From assembly GCA_038867895.1 (NCBI GenBank), contig JAWBXL010000008.1:43-64042 (forward strand): a DNA stretch of 64,000 nucleotides. The letters run 5' to 3'. Both the position numbers and the translations under genes were made by a program. The stretch is from Candidatus Bathyarchaeia archaeon (GTDB lineage Archaea > Thermoproteota > Bathyarchaeia > Bathyarchaeales > DTEX01). Each line of letters opens with the position of its first letter. The first letter of the stretch is position 1. Positions 25,641-34,672 of this stretch are shown piece after piece. The notes beneath the pieces were generated by a model that was given only the letters and a program-made list of their open reading frames with translations, searched no databases and was not told the origin of the DNA.

Positions 25641-27077
25641 TTGCCCACAGGTGAAGTAAAGAAGGGTGTGAGAGAGTTAAGTCCGTTAGACGCCTATATG
25701 CTCCTGCCGAGAACGAATTGTGGGAAGTGCGGTGAGAGCAATTGTATGGCATTCGCAACGAAGCTCGTTAATAGGGAGGTTACGCTGGAGTTATGTAAGC
25801 CGCTTATAGAGGAGGAGAAGTATAAAGCCCAGTATTCTAAGCTGAAAGAGCTTCTCGCTCCGCCGATTAAAGAGGTTGTTATTGGTGTTGGCGAAACCGC
25901 TGTTAAAGTTGGCGGTAAGCTCGTAATGTATAGGCATGAGCTCACGTACACGAATCCACCGCCCATAGCGATAGATGTGATGGATGAGATGCCTGAAGAC
26001 GAACTGCTTAAGCGTATAGAAAAGATTAATAGTCTTGCATATACTTATATTGGCAAGACAATTAAGCTCGATATGGTGGCAGTTAGGTCAACGTCAAATG
26101 ACCCCGCGAAGTTTAAGTCAGCCGTTCAGAAGGTTATGTCTGCAACAAAGCTTCCATTAATATTATGTACATTTAACCCGGATGTTATGAAGGCTGCCCT
26201 TGAGGTTGCATATGATCGGAGACCGTTAATATATGCCGCTACTGAGCGCAATTGGAGGCAGATGGCTGATTTAGCATTAATGTATAATTGTCCATTAGCG
26301 GTCTTCGCCCCAAACGATATAGCCCTACTAAAGTCGCTTACAAATACTCTCATAGAATATGGCATTGAGGATCTCCTCCTCGATCCGGGGACATTCCCAG
26401 AGGACGGTATTGCGGACACAATCACAAACTTTACAATGATTAGGAGGAGCGCATGTAAGTTTGGCGATAACCTTTTAGGTTTCCCGCTTATCGGTGTACC
26501 CATGACTGTATGGACCTTAAAAGATGTTCCGAAAGATGTTCTACAGTGGATGGAAGCATGCTTAGCGGGAATGCTGATTGTTAGATACGCTGATCTGCTT
26601 ATATTACATAGTCTTGAAGGATGGTCCCTTCTACCAACCCTAATCTTGAGGGCTAACATATACACTGATCCAAGGAAGCCGGTGGCCGTTGAGCCTGGAC
26701 TGAAGGTACTTGGCAGCCCAGATGAAAACTCACCAGTCCTAATAACATCAAACTATGCATTAACGTTCTTTACGGTTCAGTCTGATATAGAATCTGCCGG
26801 GATAAGCTGCTACCTCATAGTTGTTGATAGCGAAGGATACGCCGTTGAAAGTGCTGTTGCAGGGAGAAAAATGACAGCACAGACAATTGCAGATGCGCTT
26901 AAATCCTCAGGCATAGAAGAAAAAGTTAAGCACAAATACCTTATAATTCCTGGGCTAGCGGCTAGACTAAGTGGCGAGATAGAGGAGCTAGCAGGCTGGA
27001 AAGTCCTTGTTGGACCAAGAGATTCATCTGGCATACAGGCATTCTTAAAGGAGAATTGGCCCCCAAAAACTCCATGA
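25641..27077 (+). CDS. cdhE: acetyl-CoA decarbonylase/synthase complex subunit gamma (corrinoid/FeS protein large subunit)
   Basis: N-terminal [4Fe-4S] motif LPRTNCGKCGESNCMAFA followed by TIM-barrel and corrinoid-binding regions, as in CdhE/AcsC. Confidence 0.9.
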   Translation: MPTGEVKKGVRELSPLDAYMLLPRTNCGKCGESNCMAFATKLVNREVTLELCKPLIEEEKYKAQYSKLKELLAPPIKEVVIGVGETAVKVGGKLVMYRHELTYTNPPPIAIDVMDEMPEDELLKRIEKINSLAYTYIGKTIKLDMVAVRSTSNDPAKFKSAVQKVMSATKLPLILCTFNPDVMKAALEVAYDRRPLIYAATERNWRQMADLALMYNCPLAVFAPNDIALLKSLTNTLIEYGIEDLLLDPGTFPEDGIADTITNFTMIRRSACKFGDNLLGFPLIGVPMTVWTLKDVPKDVLQWMEACLAGMLIVRYADLLILHSLEGWSLLPTLILRANIYTDPRKPVAVEPGLKVLGSPDENSPVLITSNYALTFFTVQSDIESAGISCYLIVVDSEGYAVESAVAGRKMTAQTIADALKSSGIEEKVKHKYLIIPGLAARLSGEIEELAGWKVLVGPRDSSGIQAFLKENWPPKTP

Positions 27078-27121
27078 TTTTTTTCTCTTAGTCTTCTAAT
27101 TTTTAGTTAAGGGGATCTAGA

Positions 27122-27883
27122 TTGAAGACTCTTGTCTCGATGGGCAGGGGTGGAACCGGGAAAACAAGTTTTGTAGCCCTAACCACAAAATATTTTATAG
27201 AGAAGAAAGTATCTCCAATGCTCCTAATAGACGCAGATCCGGACCAGAGTCTAGCGGACGTTTTGGGAGTGGATTTCGAGGGGGAGGGTAAAAAGACTAT
27301 TTCTGAGCTTCTTGTCGAGACCTTTATTGAGGGCGGGGGCACGCTTGTCGGGGTCCCTCCATCAGAGAGGATGGAGAGTAGAATTTGGGAGGAAGGTCTC
27401 TACGAAGGGGAATATTTTGACTTGATCGTTATAGGGCCAAAGTGGGTTGAGGGCTGCTACTGCCTCCCAAATGAAGCCCTGAGGGCGGCTCTAGGGAACC
27501 TAATAAAGAATTACAGGTATATTATTATTGATACTCCGGCCGGTCTAGAGCACCTTAATAGGCGGATAACCACGAGGGTTAATGATATTTTCGATTTAAT
27601 AGATCCATCATTGAAATCCTTTGAGCATGTGGCCAGAGCATACAGGATAGCAAAGGAGGTTAACATAAAATTTGATAACTTTTATGTTATTGGGGGTTTC
27701 AGGTTTCCGGAAAAGCTTGGAAATAAAGTTGAGAGTAGACTAGGCTTAAGGTTTCTTGGGAAAATAGCCTTTGATGAAAATGTTGAGGATTTTGTCCTAT
27801 CTGGGAGATCTCTCCTTGAAATCCCGGAGGATTCGCCGGCATACCGTTCAGTTAAGGAAATATTGGCCAAAGCTGGATATTAG
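27122..27883 (+). CDS. CooC/AcsF-family Ni-insertion ATPase, divergent paralog 1
   Basis: MinD/ParA-like P-loop in a deviant form, GRGGTGKT (signature Lys replaced by Arg). CxC metal motif EGCYC and switch region IIIDTPAGLEH. Confidence 0.75.
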   Translation: MKTLVSMGRGGTGKTSFVALTTKYFIEKKVSPMLLIDADPDQSLADVLGVDFEGEGKKTISELLVETFIEGGGTLVGVPPSERMESRIWEEGLYEGEYFDLIVIGPKWVEGCYCLPNEALRAALGNLIKNYRYIIIDTPAGLEHLNRRITTRVNDIFDLIDPSLKSFEHVARAYRIAKEVNIKFDNFYVIGGFRFPEKLGNKVESRLGLRFLGKIAFDENVEDFVLSGRSLLEIPEDSPAYRSVKEILAKAGY

Positions 27884-27917
27884 GTAGAAGATAAATAAAA
27901 GGATTGAGAGCGCGGAA

Positions 27918-28343
27918 ATGAGTGAGCCTAAGAGTATAGATATTTTCCAGTTGCTTTTAGAGAGTTCAAGTAAAAAGGCGCGTAGATCAGAGATCCTATC
28001 TTCCCTTGGAATAAAAGAGTATTTCATTGATGGGGATATAGAAATAGACAAGAAGACCTGTAGGGGGGTGGACTGCCAGCTTTGCATCAAAGTCTGCCCA
28101 ACAAACGCCCTATACTGGAGCTACGGCCAAGTAAACATAACCAAGGAGCTATGTATACACTGCACGGCCTGCGTCCTTATCTGCATGGTTGACAACTGTA
28201 TTAAGGTTACTAGAAGGAGATCCAATGACAGGGTTGAGACTTTCAGCAACCCTAAGCAAGTGTTTAGGCTTCTGCAATCAATTGGCTCTGAGAAGCGTCT
28301 TGATATAGTGAACCGAGTTTTCCAGCTTAGAAGATCCATGTGA
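27918..28343 (+). CDS. 2x[4Fe-4S] ferredoxin-domain protein with N-terminal HTH-like extension
   Basis: Cys motifs CRGVDCQLCIKVCP and CIHCTACVLIC. The N-terminal ~40 aa (IDIFQLLLESSSKKARRSEILSSLGI) resemble a winged-helix recognition unit. Confidence 0.7.
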   Translation: MSEPKSIDIFQLLLESSSKKARRSEILSSLGIKEYFIDGDIEIDKKTCRGVDCQLCIKVCPTNALYWSYGQVNITKELCIHCTACVLICMVDNCIKVTRRRSNDRVETFSNPKQVFRLLQSIGSEKRLDIVNRVFQLRRSM

Positions 28344-28352
28344 GGGGTCTTA

Positions 28353-29144
28353 TTGAAGATAGTTGTTGCTGGTAAAGGTGGTGTTGGAAAAACTCTTGTC
28401 GCCGGAACCTTAGCTCGAATCTACGCTCGTATGGGCTTCAATGTCCTGGCAGTAGATGCTGATCCAGCCATGAACCTTGCTTACACTCTGGGAATACCTC
28501 AGGACGTATCGTCAAAGATAGTTCCAATAGCCGAGAACATCCCCCTAATAGAGGAGAGAACTGGAGCCAAGCCTGGATCCGCATTCGGAATACTCTTTAG
28601 TCTGACACCGAGGGTGGATGACATAGCCGAGAGGTATGGTGTAGTTGGGCCGGATGGTGTTAGGCTACTTGTTATGGGCACAATAAAGTCTGGTGGATCC
28701 GGGTGCGCATGCCCAGCCAACTCGCTTCTGAGCGCATTAATTAGGCATATAACCTTGAGAAGAGGCGATATAGTCATCATGGACGCTGAGGCTGGTTTAG
28801 AGCATCTTGGCAGGGCCACAGCCAAGGGTTTTAACATGATGATATGTATTGTGGAGCCAAGCGCCCCGTCAATAGAGACGGCCATAAAAATCAGGAAGTT
28901 AGCTAGCGAGATAAATATCAGAGAGGTTATCTTTGTCGGAAACAAGATCTCCGATTCTGAAGAGGAAAAATATATTAGAGGAGAGCTAGGTAAATCCTCT
29001 CTAAGCCTATTCCATACAATCCCTTTTGACCAAAATATTATTATGGCTGGGAGGGCCCGCGCCGCGCCAATAGATTATTCACCGTCGTCGCCAGCAATAT
29101 TAGCCATAAAGGATCTCGCTGAGAATCTCATAACTAAAATATAA
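28353..29144 (+). CDS. cooC: CooC/AcsF-family Ni-insertion ATPase, paralog 2
   Basis: GKGGVGKT deviant Walker A, CxC motif GSGCACP and DAEAGLEH switch. Confidence 0.85.
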   Translation: MKIVVAGKGGVGKTLVAGTLARIYARMGFNVLAVDADPAMNLAYTLGIPQDVSSKIVPIAENIPLIEERTGAKPGSAFGILFSLTPRVDDIAERYGVVGPDGVRLLVMGTIKSGGSGCACPANSLLSALIRHITLRRGDIVIMDAEAGLEHLGRATAKGFNMMICIVEPSAPSIETAIKIRKLASEINIREVIFVGNKISDSEEEKYIRGELGKSSLSLFHTIPFDQNIIMAGRARAAPIDYSPSSPAILAIKDLAENLITKI

Positions 29145-29239
29145 GGAAATCGCTCTTTTTATCAAAGTTTCAATTGATTTTATTATGAGTTAAATATATA
29201 CCTTAAGTATGCGTTATAATTACTAGGTGAAACTGTTTT

Positions 29240-31909
29240 TTGGGCATAGAGGGATTAGACAAAATATTTAATCCCAAGAGAATCGCCGTTATCGGCGCAA
29301 GTAATAGAGAGGATTCTGTGGGATATAAAATATTTAATAACCTTATTGGTTTTAAGGGCTTCATTTATCCAGTTAACCCTTTTAGCCAGAGCATACAGGG
29401 GGTTACTGCCTATCCGAGCGTCAAAAAGATTCCATGGCGCATAGATTTAGCGGTGATTGCTACACCAGCCCATACTGTCCCAGAGATTGTGGAGGAGTGC
29501 GGTGAGGCTGGGATAACCGGGGTTATAATAGTTTCATCAGGCTTCAGGGAGACTGATCTAAGGGGAAAAGCCTTTGAAGAGGAGATTTTGAAGATAAAAT
29601 CTAGGTTCGGCTTGAGGATAATAGGGCCGAACTGTCTGGGGATTATACGCCCGAGCATAAAGATGAACGCGACATTCGCTAATAAGGTGGTCAGGCCGGG
29701 TAACATGGCTTTTATATCTCAGAGCGGCGCTATCTGCGCATCTGTATTAGATTGGGCTGAAGTAGCCAATGTTGGATTCAGCGCGGTTGTATCGCTGGGC
29801 AATACGATAGATGTGGACTTCGCTGATCTCATAGACTACTTTGGAATGGATCCAGAAACTAGAAGCATAATACTCTTCATTGAATTCTTAAGTGATCCTG
29901 GAAAGTTTATGAGCGCTGCGAGAAGATTTGCTGCGACAAAGCCGATAATAGCAATTAAGGCTGGTAGAACAAGCGAGGGTATAAGGGCGGCAGTATCGCA
30001 TACTGGTGCAATTGTGAGTGATGATGCACTTTATGACGCGCTTTTCTCAAGGGCTGGTGTAGTCCGTGTTGAAACCATCTCGGATCTATTCTCCTGCTCA
30101 GAGATCCTAGCAACCCAGCCATTACCTAAAAGCCCAAACTTAGTGATAATAACTAATGCTGGGGGCGCCGGGGTTATGGCCGCTGACGCCCTAATCTTAA
30201 GAGGAGGGGATCTAGCAAGACTGAGCGAAAAAACGGTTGAAGAGTTAGAGAGGGTTCTACCATACTATTGGAGTAGATCCAATCCAATAGATATATGTGA
30301 AGATGCGACGGCTGAAAGATTTAGAAAGGCTGCTGAAATATGCCTGAAAGATCCGGGCGCCGGGGGCTTCCTGGTGCTCTATACCCCAATTGGTGAGGCA
30401 GATCCCACGGAGACTGCTAAGGCTATAATCGAGGTTTTTAAGGGATCTGGGAAGCCGGTTCTCACATGCTGGCTTGGTGAAAAGGAGGTTCGTGAAGCTA
30501 GGGAAATATTTAGAAAAAATAGGATTCCAACATATCCAACTCCAGAGGAAGCCGTCGCAGCCTTCATGCACATGTACCAGTATGCCAGAAACATCGAGAT
30601 ACTCTACGAGGTTCCCGAGGAGATAAAATTGAGCCCACCGAGCGATAAAATGCGCCTAAAGAATATAATTAAGCGCGCCGTAGATGAGGGAAGATTTACA
30701 CTCACAGAGTTTGAATCAAAGGAGTTCCTCAAAGAGTATGGCATACAGGTTTCCGAGACATATGTTGCGAAAAACCCGGCAGAGGCTGCGGAAATTGCCT
30801 CCAAGATAGGCTTTCCAGTGGCTATGAAGGTTCTCTCACCAGATATTACACATAAGATGGATGTCGGCGGCGTCATCCTAAACATTTATAGTGAAGCACA
30901 GGTGAAGAACTGCTTCCTGCAGATAATAGGGAATGTTAAATCTCAATATCCAAACGCCAAAATTTATGGCGTTACTGTGCAGCCAATGCATCCTAGAGAC
31001 TATGAAGTTATTATTGGGTCGAAAAGAGATCCGGTTTTCGGATCATTCATAATTTTTGGGAGTGGTGGAGTTAGCGTTGATCTCTTTAGGGATATTGCCA
31101 TAGGCTTCCCACCATTAAATCAGACCCTGGCAAGAAGAATGATTGAGAGGACGAAAGTCTATAAAGCTTTTTCTGGAGGATTTAAAGGCTTATCTTTGGC
31201 TAACCTCAGATCAATCGAGGAGGCCCTTGTAAGGTTCTCGCAGCTAGTAATAGATTTTCCAGAAATAGATGAGGTGGATATTAACCCGCTTGCTGTCTCC
31301 TCTAATGGCATTATAGCCTTAGATGCCCGGATAATAGTTGATGTAGAGAAGGTGAGGAGTGAGCCTAAACCATATGAGCATATAATCATAAGACCTTACC
31401 CAACCAAGTATATATCTGAGCGCACACTGCGTGATGAAAGCAAAGTTACGCTTAGACCAGCTAGACCAGAAGATGAACCACTACTCATAGAATTATTCAG
31501 AGCCTTCTCGGCAGAGACCATGAGACTAAGATTTTTCCGGGTGATGAAGGAGATAGATCATTATGTGACAGCCAGATACTGTAATATTGATTATAGCCGT
31601 GAAATAACAATTGTTGCTGAAACAGAAATAAATGGAAAAAAGCGTCTGATAGGTATGGCAAATCTTATCATCCAACCGGACGGAAACAACAGCGAGATAT
31701 CAGTTGTAGTGGGGGATCCGTGGCAGAATAAAGGTTTAGGATCAATAATGATTGACCACCTTATAGAAGTTGGGAGAGACATGGGTCAAAAGAAACTTTT
31801 CGGAGAGTTTCTTGCAGAGAACAAAAAGGTTTTTCACATTTTACAGAAGAAGGGTTTTGAGATAAGGAGGATTGATAAGGAAACATGTATCGCCACGCTT
31901 AACCTCTAA
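29240..31909 (+). CDS. Pat-like bifunctional protein: ADP-forming acyl-CoA synthetase (fused alpha+beta) with C-terminal GNAT acetyltransferase
   Basis: 889 aa. CoA-binding N-terminus (IAVIGASNRE), phosphohistidine loop SHTGA and ATP-grasp region. The C-terminal GNAT carries LRPARPEDE...IDYSREI...WQNKGLG. Confidence 0.85.
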   Translation: MGIEGLDKIFNPKRIAVIGASNREDSVGYKIFNNLIGFKGFIYPVNPFSQSIQGVTAYPSVKKIPWRIDLAVIATPAHTVPEIVEECGEAGITGVIIVSSGFRETDLRGKAFEEEILKIKSRFGLRIIGPNCLGIIRPSIKMNATFANKVVRPGNMAFISQSGAICASVLDWAEVANVGFSAVVSLGNTIDVDFADLIDYFGMDPETRSIILFIEFLSDPGKFMSAARRFAATKPIIAIKAGRTSEGIRAAVSHTGAIVSDDALYDALFSRAGVVRVETISDLFSCSEILATQPLPKSPNLVIITNAGGAGVMAADALILRGGDLARLSEKTVEELERVLPYYWSRSNPIDICEDATAERFRKAAEICLKDPGAGGFLVLYTPIGEADPTETAKAIIEVFKGSGKPVLTCWLGEKEVREAREIFRKNRIPTYPTPEEAVAAFMHMYQYARNIEILYEVPEEIKLSPPSDKMRLKNIIKRAVDEGRFTLTEFESKEFLKEYGIQVSETYVAKNPAEAAEIASKIGFPVAMKVLSPDITHKMDVGGVILNIYSEAQVKNCFLQIIGNVKSQYPNAKIYGVTVQPMHPRDYEVIIGSKRDPVFGSFIIFGSGGVSVDLFRDIAIGFPPLNQTLARRMIERTKVYKAFSGGFKGLSLANLRSIEEALVRFSQLVIDFPEIDEVDINPLAVSSNGIIALDARIIVDVEKVRSEPKPYEHIIIRPYPTKYISERTLRDESKVTLRPARPEDEPLLIELFRAFSAETMRLRFFRVMKEIDHYVTARYCNIDYSREITIVAETEINGKKRLIGMANLIIQPDGNNSEISVVVGDPWQNKGLGSIMIDHLIEVGRDMGQKKLFGEFLAENKKVFHILQKKGFEIRRIDKETCIATLNL

Positions 31910-32681
31910 TTATTGTTGGGATAATTTTCTCTTCAACTATCTTTTTGACGTCTAATAGAGCATCACCAGATTTTAATAGTTTCCTTCTGAGGCATGAAAC
32001 ATAGAGCTCCCTATCAAATCTCACCAGACCATCTATGTTTAAGCCCACGCCAGCAGTCTCCTCAATAATAAGATCTTTTACATCATCCGTGACTTTATTA
32101 GCTATGACCCAAAATATCTTCCCTAAATTCTTGGCTATCTTCTTTAGTGTTAATGCCAGTTCTATGGATTCGGCCGTGGGATCTATGACCACAAGTATTC
32201 CATCTGAGACTTCCTCAATTCTTCTGCCAATATGCTCTACGCCAGCATCAGTATCAATCAATACAACCTCATTTTTCTCTAGACTTAGGTTTCCAAGCAG
32301 AATCCTCGTTAATATATTGAATGGGCATGCGCACCCCTCACCGTACTCCCTAACTTTACCTATCACTATTAATCTCACTCCCTCTCTTGAGGTTGCTATA
32401 TATTCGCTGGGGAGTAAGCTCAATTTTATGCCTTCCCTAGCCGTGGATAAAGCCCTAATGATATCCGGCTCCATCTTCTCGAAATCTTCCTCCTCCCTCT
32501 TCCCACCGACATATTCGACCAGAGGCTTTGGCGGGTTAACCCCAAGAAAGACCGGTAAAAGAGAATTTGATTCGTCTGAATCAACTATATATACCTTAAA
32601 TTTTTCTAGGAGAGACCTGGCAATTAGAATTGATAGTACTGTTTTACCAGACCCACCTTTACCACAAACCATAATCTTCAT
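31899..32681 (-). CDS. cooC: CooC/AcsF-family Ni-insertion ATPase, paralog 3
   Basis: GKGGSGKT, CxC motif GEGCACP and DTDAGVEH. Converges on the Pat-like gene and overlaps it by 11 nt. Confidence 0.85.
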   Translation of the reverse strand: MKIMVCGKGGSGKTVLSILIARSLLEKFKVYIVDSDESNSLLPVFLGVNPPKPLVEYVGGKREEEDFEKMEPDIIRALSTAREGIKLSLLPSEYIATSREGVRLIVIGKVREYGEGCACPFNILTRILLGNLSLEKNEVVLIDTDAGVEHIGRRIEEVSDGILVVIDPTAESIELALTLKKIAKNLGKIFWVIANKVTDDVKDLIIEETAGVGLNIDGLVRFDRELYVSCLRRKLLKSGDALLDVKKIVEEKIIPTIIRG

Positions 32682-32700
32682 AGTTCCCGATCCCTACCCA

Positions 32701-32979
32701 TCAACCATCAATCTTAAGTTCCCCCTTAATCCTCAGCACGAATATAGAGTTTAAGGCATCAATCATTAAGAAGCCGACCCCAGATATAATCTTCTCCCTT
32801 CCTTCTACGTCAAGGATTCTAAATGATTCTTCATCCGCGGATATATGCGCCACATTCCCGGCTAAGAGAAGCTTTCCACCGAACCTCGAATCCTCAACAT
32901 AAACCTTTAAGAGGCACAAGCATAACACCAGCCTAATAAAATTATTTGATTTGAAAGGTAAATTTATAGATGTCCCCAT
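32701..32979 (-). CDS. hypothetical small protein upstream of cooC paralog 3
   Basis: The ORF ends 20 nt before the cooC3 start on the same strand. I chose the internal ATG (MGTSINLP...) because the longer ORF-track start would overlap the divergent elp3. No family recognised. Confidence 0.35.
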   Translation of the reverse strand: MGTSINLPFKSNNFIRLVLCLCLLKVYVEDSRFGGKLLLAGNVAHISADEESFRILDVEGREKIISGVGFLMIDALNSIFVLRIKGELKIDG

Positions 32980-32994
32980 AAACTTTTCTTGTAG

Positions 32995-34587
32995 TTGGTG
33001 CTGATGAGCGCATCCGTTTATAGAGAAATAATCGAGCATCTTAAAAGCATCCCGAACCCAACACAGAAGGACGTTCAGCTAGCCAAGATTAGGATCGCAG
33101 AGAAGTACAGTTTAAGCGTAATACCATCAAACTCCGAGATAATTAAGCATTTAAAACCAGAAGAGAAGACCATCTTACTTAAGGTTTTGAGAAAAAAGTC
33201 TGTGAGAACAGTTTCCGGCGTAACAATCGTTGCTGTGATGGCTAAGCCCTGGCCGTGCCCCCAGAGGGAGCCATGCGCATACTGCCCAGGAGGGCCAACA
33301 TATGGGGTTCCACAGAGTTATACTGGGCGTGAGCCTGCCACAATGAGGGGCCTACAATTCAACTTTGACCCATATAGCCAGGTTAAGCATAGGATTGAGC
33401 AGCTCGAATCTATCGGGCATACTGTTGACAAGATTGAACTGATAGTTATGGGTGGAACCTTCCCGGCGACTCCAGTCGATTATCAAGTATCCTTCATTAA
33501 AGAGTGCCTTGACGCGATAACTGGTGTTCAATCAACCTCTCTTGAAGAGGCAAAAAGAAATGCCGAGGTGAGCCAGAGAAGAAATGTTGGTATAACAGTT
33601 GAGACCCGCCCGGACTGGTGCAGGGAATACCATGTAGATATAATGCTATCCTATGGCACTACGCGTGTAGAGATAGGCGTACAGAACATTTACGATGACA
33701 TATACGCCCTTGTTAACAGGGGACATACAGTTAAAGATGTCATAGAGGCGACTAGGATAGCTAAGGATGCTGGGCTTAAAGTGGTTTATCATATGATGCC
33801 AGGTCTCCCAGGCTCAGACTTTGATAGGGATTTAGAGGCGTTTAAGAAGATATTTATGGACCCAGACTTTAAACCCGACATGCTTAAGATATATCCATGT
33901 CTCGTAGTTAAGGGGACAAAAGTTTACGATTGGTGGGTTAAGGGTTTATATAAGCCGTATACAACTGAGGAGGCTGCTAAGCTGATAGCTGAGGTTAAAA
34001 AGATTATTCCAGAGTGGGTTAGAATAATGCGTGTTCAGAGGGATATACCAGCCTATATGATTGAGGCTGGGTCAAAGAGCAGTAACCTACGTGAAATAGC
34101 CCTTAGAATGCTTAGGGATGAGGGATTAAGATGTAGGTGTATAAGATGTCGTGAGGTGGGCCATAGATGGCTTAAAGATCATGTTAAGCCGAACCCGGAC
34201 AATGTTGAGATAACTGTTAGACGTTATGATGCATCTATGGGGGAAGAATTCTTTATATCCGCGGAGGATCAGACGAGGGATGTTCTCGTAGGCTACTTGA
34301 GATTGAGGATTCCATCCAGCTTAGCCCATAGACCAGAAATATCTGGAAAGGAGACCGCGATAATAAGGGAGCTACGGGTCTTAGGTCCACTTGTGCCAGT
34401 TGGAAGGCGTGCAGGAGAGGAATACCAGCATAAGGGTTTTGGTAGAATACTTCTCGAAAAAGCTGAGGAGATGAGCGCCAATATGGGCTGCAGGAAGATT
34501 CTTGTCACAAGCGCCCTTGGGACGAAAAAATATTATATGCGCTTTGGCTATAATTACGATGGCCCCTATATGAGTAAAAGCCTATAA
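32995..34587 (+). CDS. elp3: Elp3-type tRNA uridine(34) modification radical SAM/GNAT enzyme
   Basis: Radical-SAM region (PWPCPQREPCAYCPGG) plus a C-terminal GNAT (YQHKGFGRILLEKAE). The length and layout match archaeal Elp3. The start could be ATG 33004. Confidence 0.9.
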   Translation: MVLMSASVYREIIEHLKSIPNPTQKDVQLAKIRIAEKYSLSVIPSNSEIIKHLKPEEKTILLKVLRKKSVRTVSGVTIVAVMAKPWPCPQREPCAYCPGGPTYGVPQSYTGREPATMRGLQFNFDPYSQVKHRIEQLESIGHTVDKIELIVMGGTFPATPVDYQVSFIKECLDAITGVQSTSLEEAKRNAEVSQRRNVGITVETRPDWCREYHVDIMLSYGTTRVEIGVQNIYDDIYALVNRGHTVKDVIEATRIAKDAGLKVVYHMMPGLPGSDFDRDLEAFKKIFMDPDFKPDMLKIYPCLVVKGTKVYDWWVKGLYKPYTTEEAAKLIAEVKKIIPEWVRIMRVQRDIPAYMIEAGSKSSNLREIALRMLRDEGLRCRCIRCREVGHRWLKDHVKPNPDNVEITVRRYDASMGEEFFISAEDQTRDVLVGYLRLRIPSSLAHRPEISGKETAIIRELRVLGPLVPVGRRAGEEYQHKGFGRILLEKAEEMSANMGCRKILVTSALGTKKYYMRFGYNYDGPYMSKSL

Positions 34588-34672
34588 GACTGATCCTTCA
34601 ATAACCTAAAAGAGACCTCAAGAATATTATTGGGAGAAAGATGAACGTTACTCCTTGGGGGTTCAGTCGGCA

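Noticed and set aside
20811-28945. Long minus-strand ORFs inside the cdh/cooC genes (20811-21338, 23847-24329, 24738-25217, 26126-26665, 28499-28945)
   Set aside because: They lie antisense to genes with unmistakable CdhA/C/D/E and CooC motifs. Their translations are low-complexity, Ser/Ala/Pro-rich shadow frames with no motifs.
32035-32754. 239-aa plus-strand ORF opposite cooC paralog 3
   Set aside because: The minus-strand frame carries GKGGSGKT, GCACP and DTDAGVEH. The plus frame is a Ser/Pro/Ile-rich shadow ORF.
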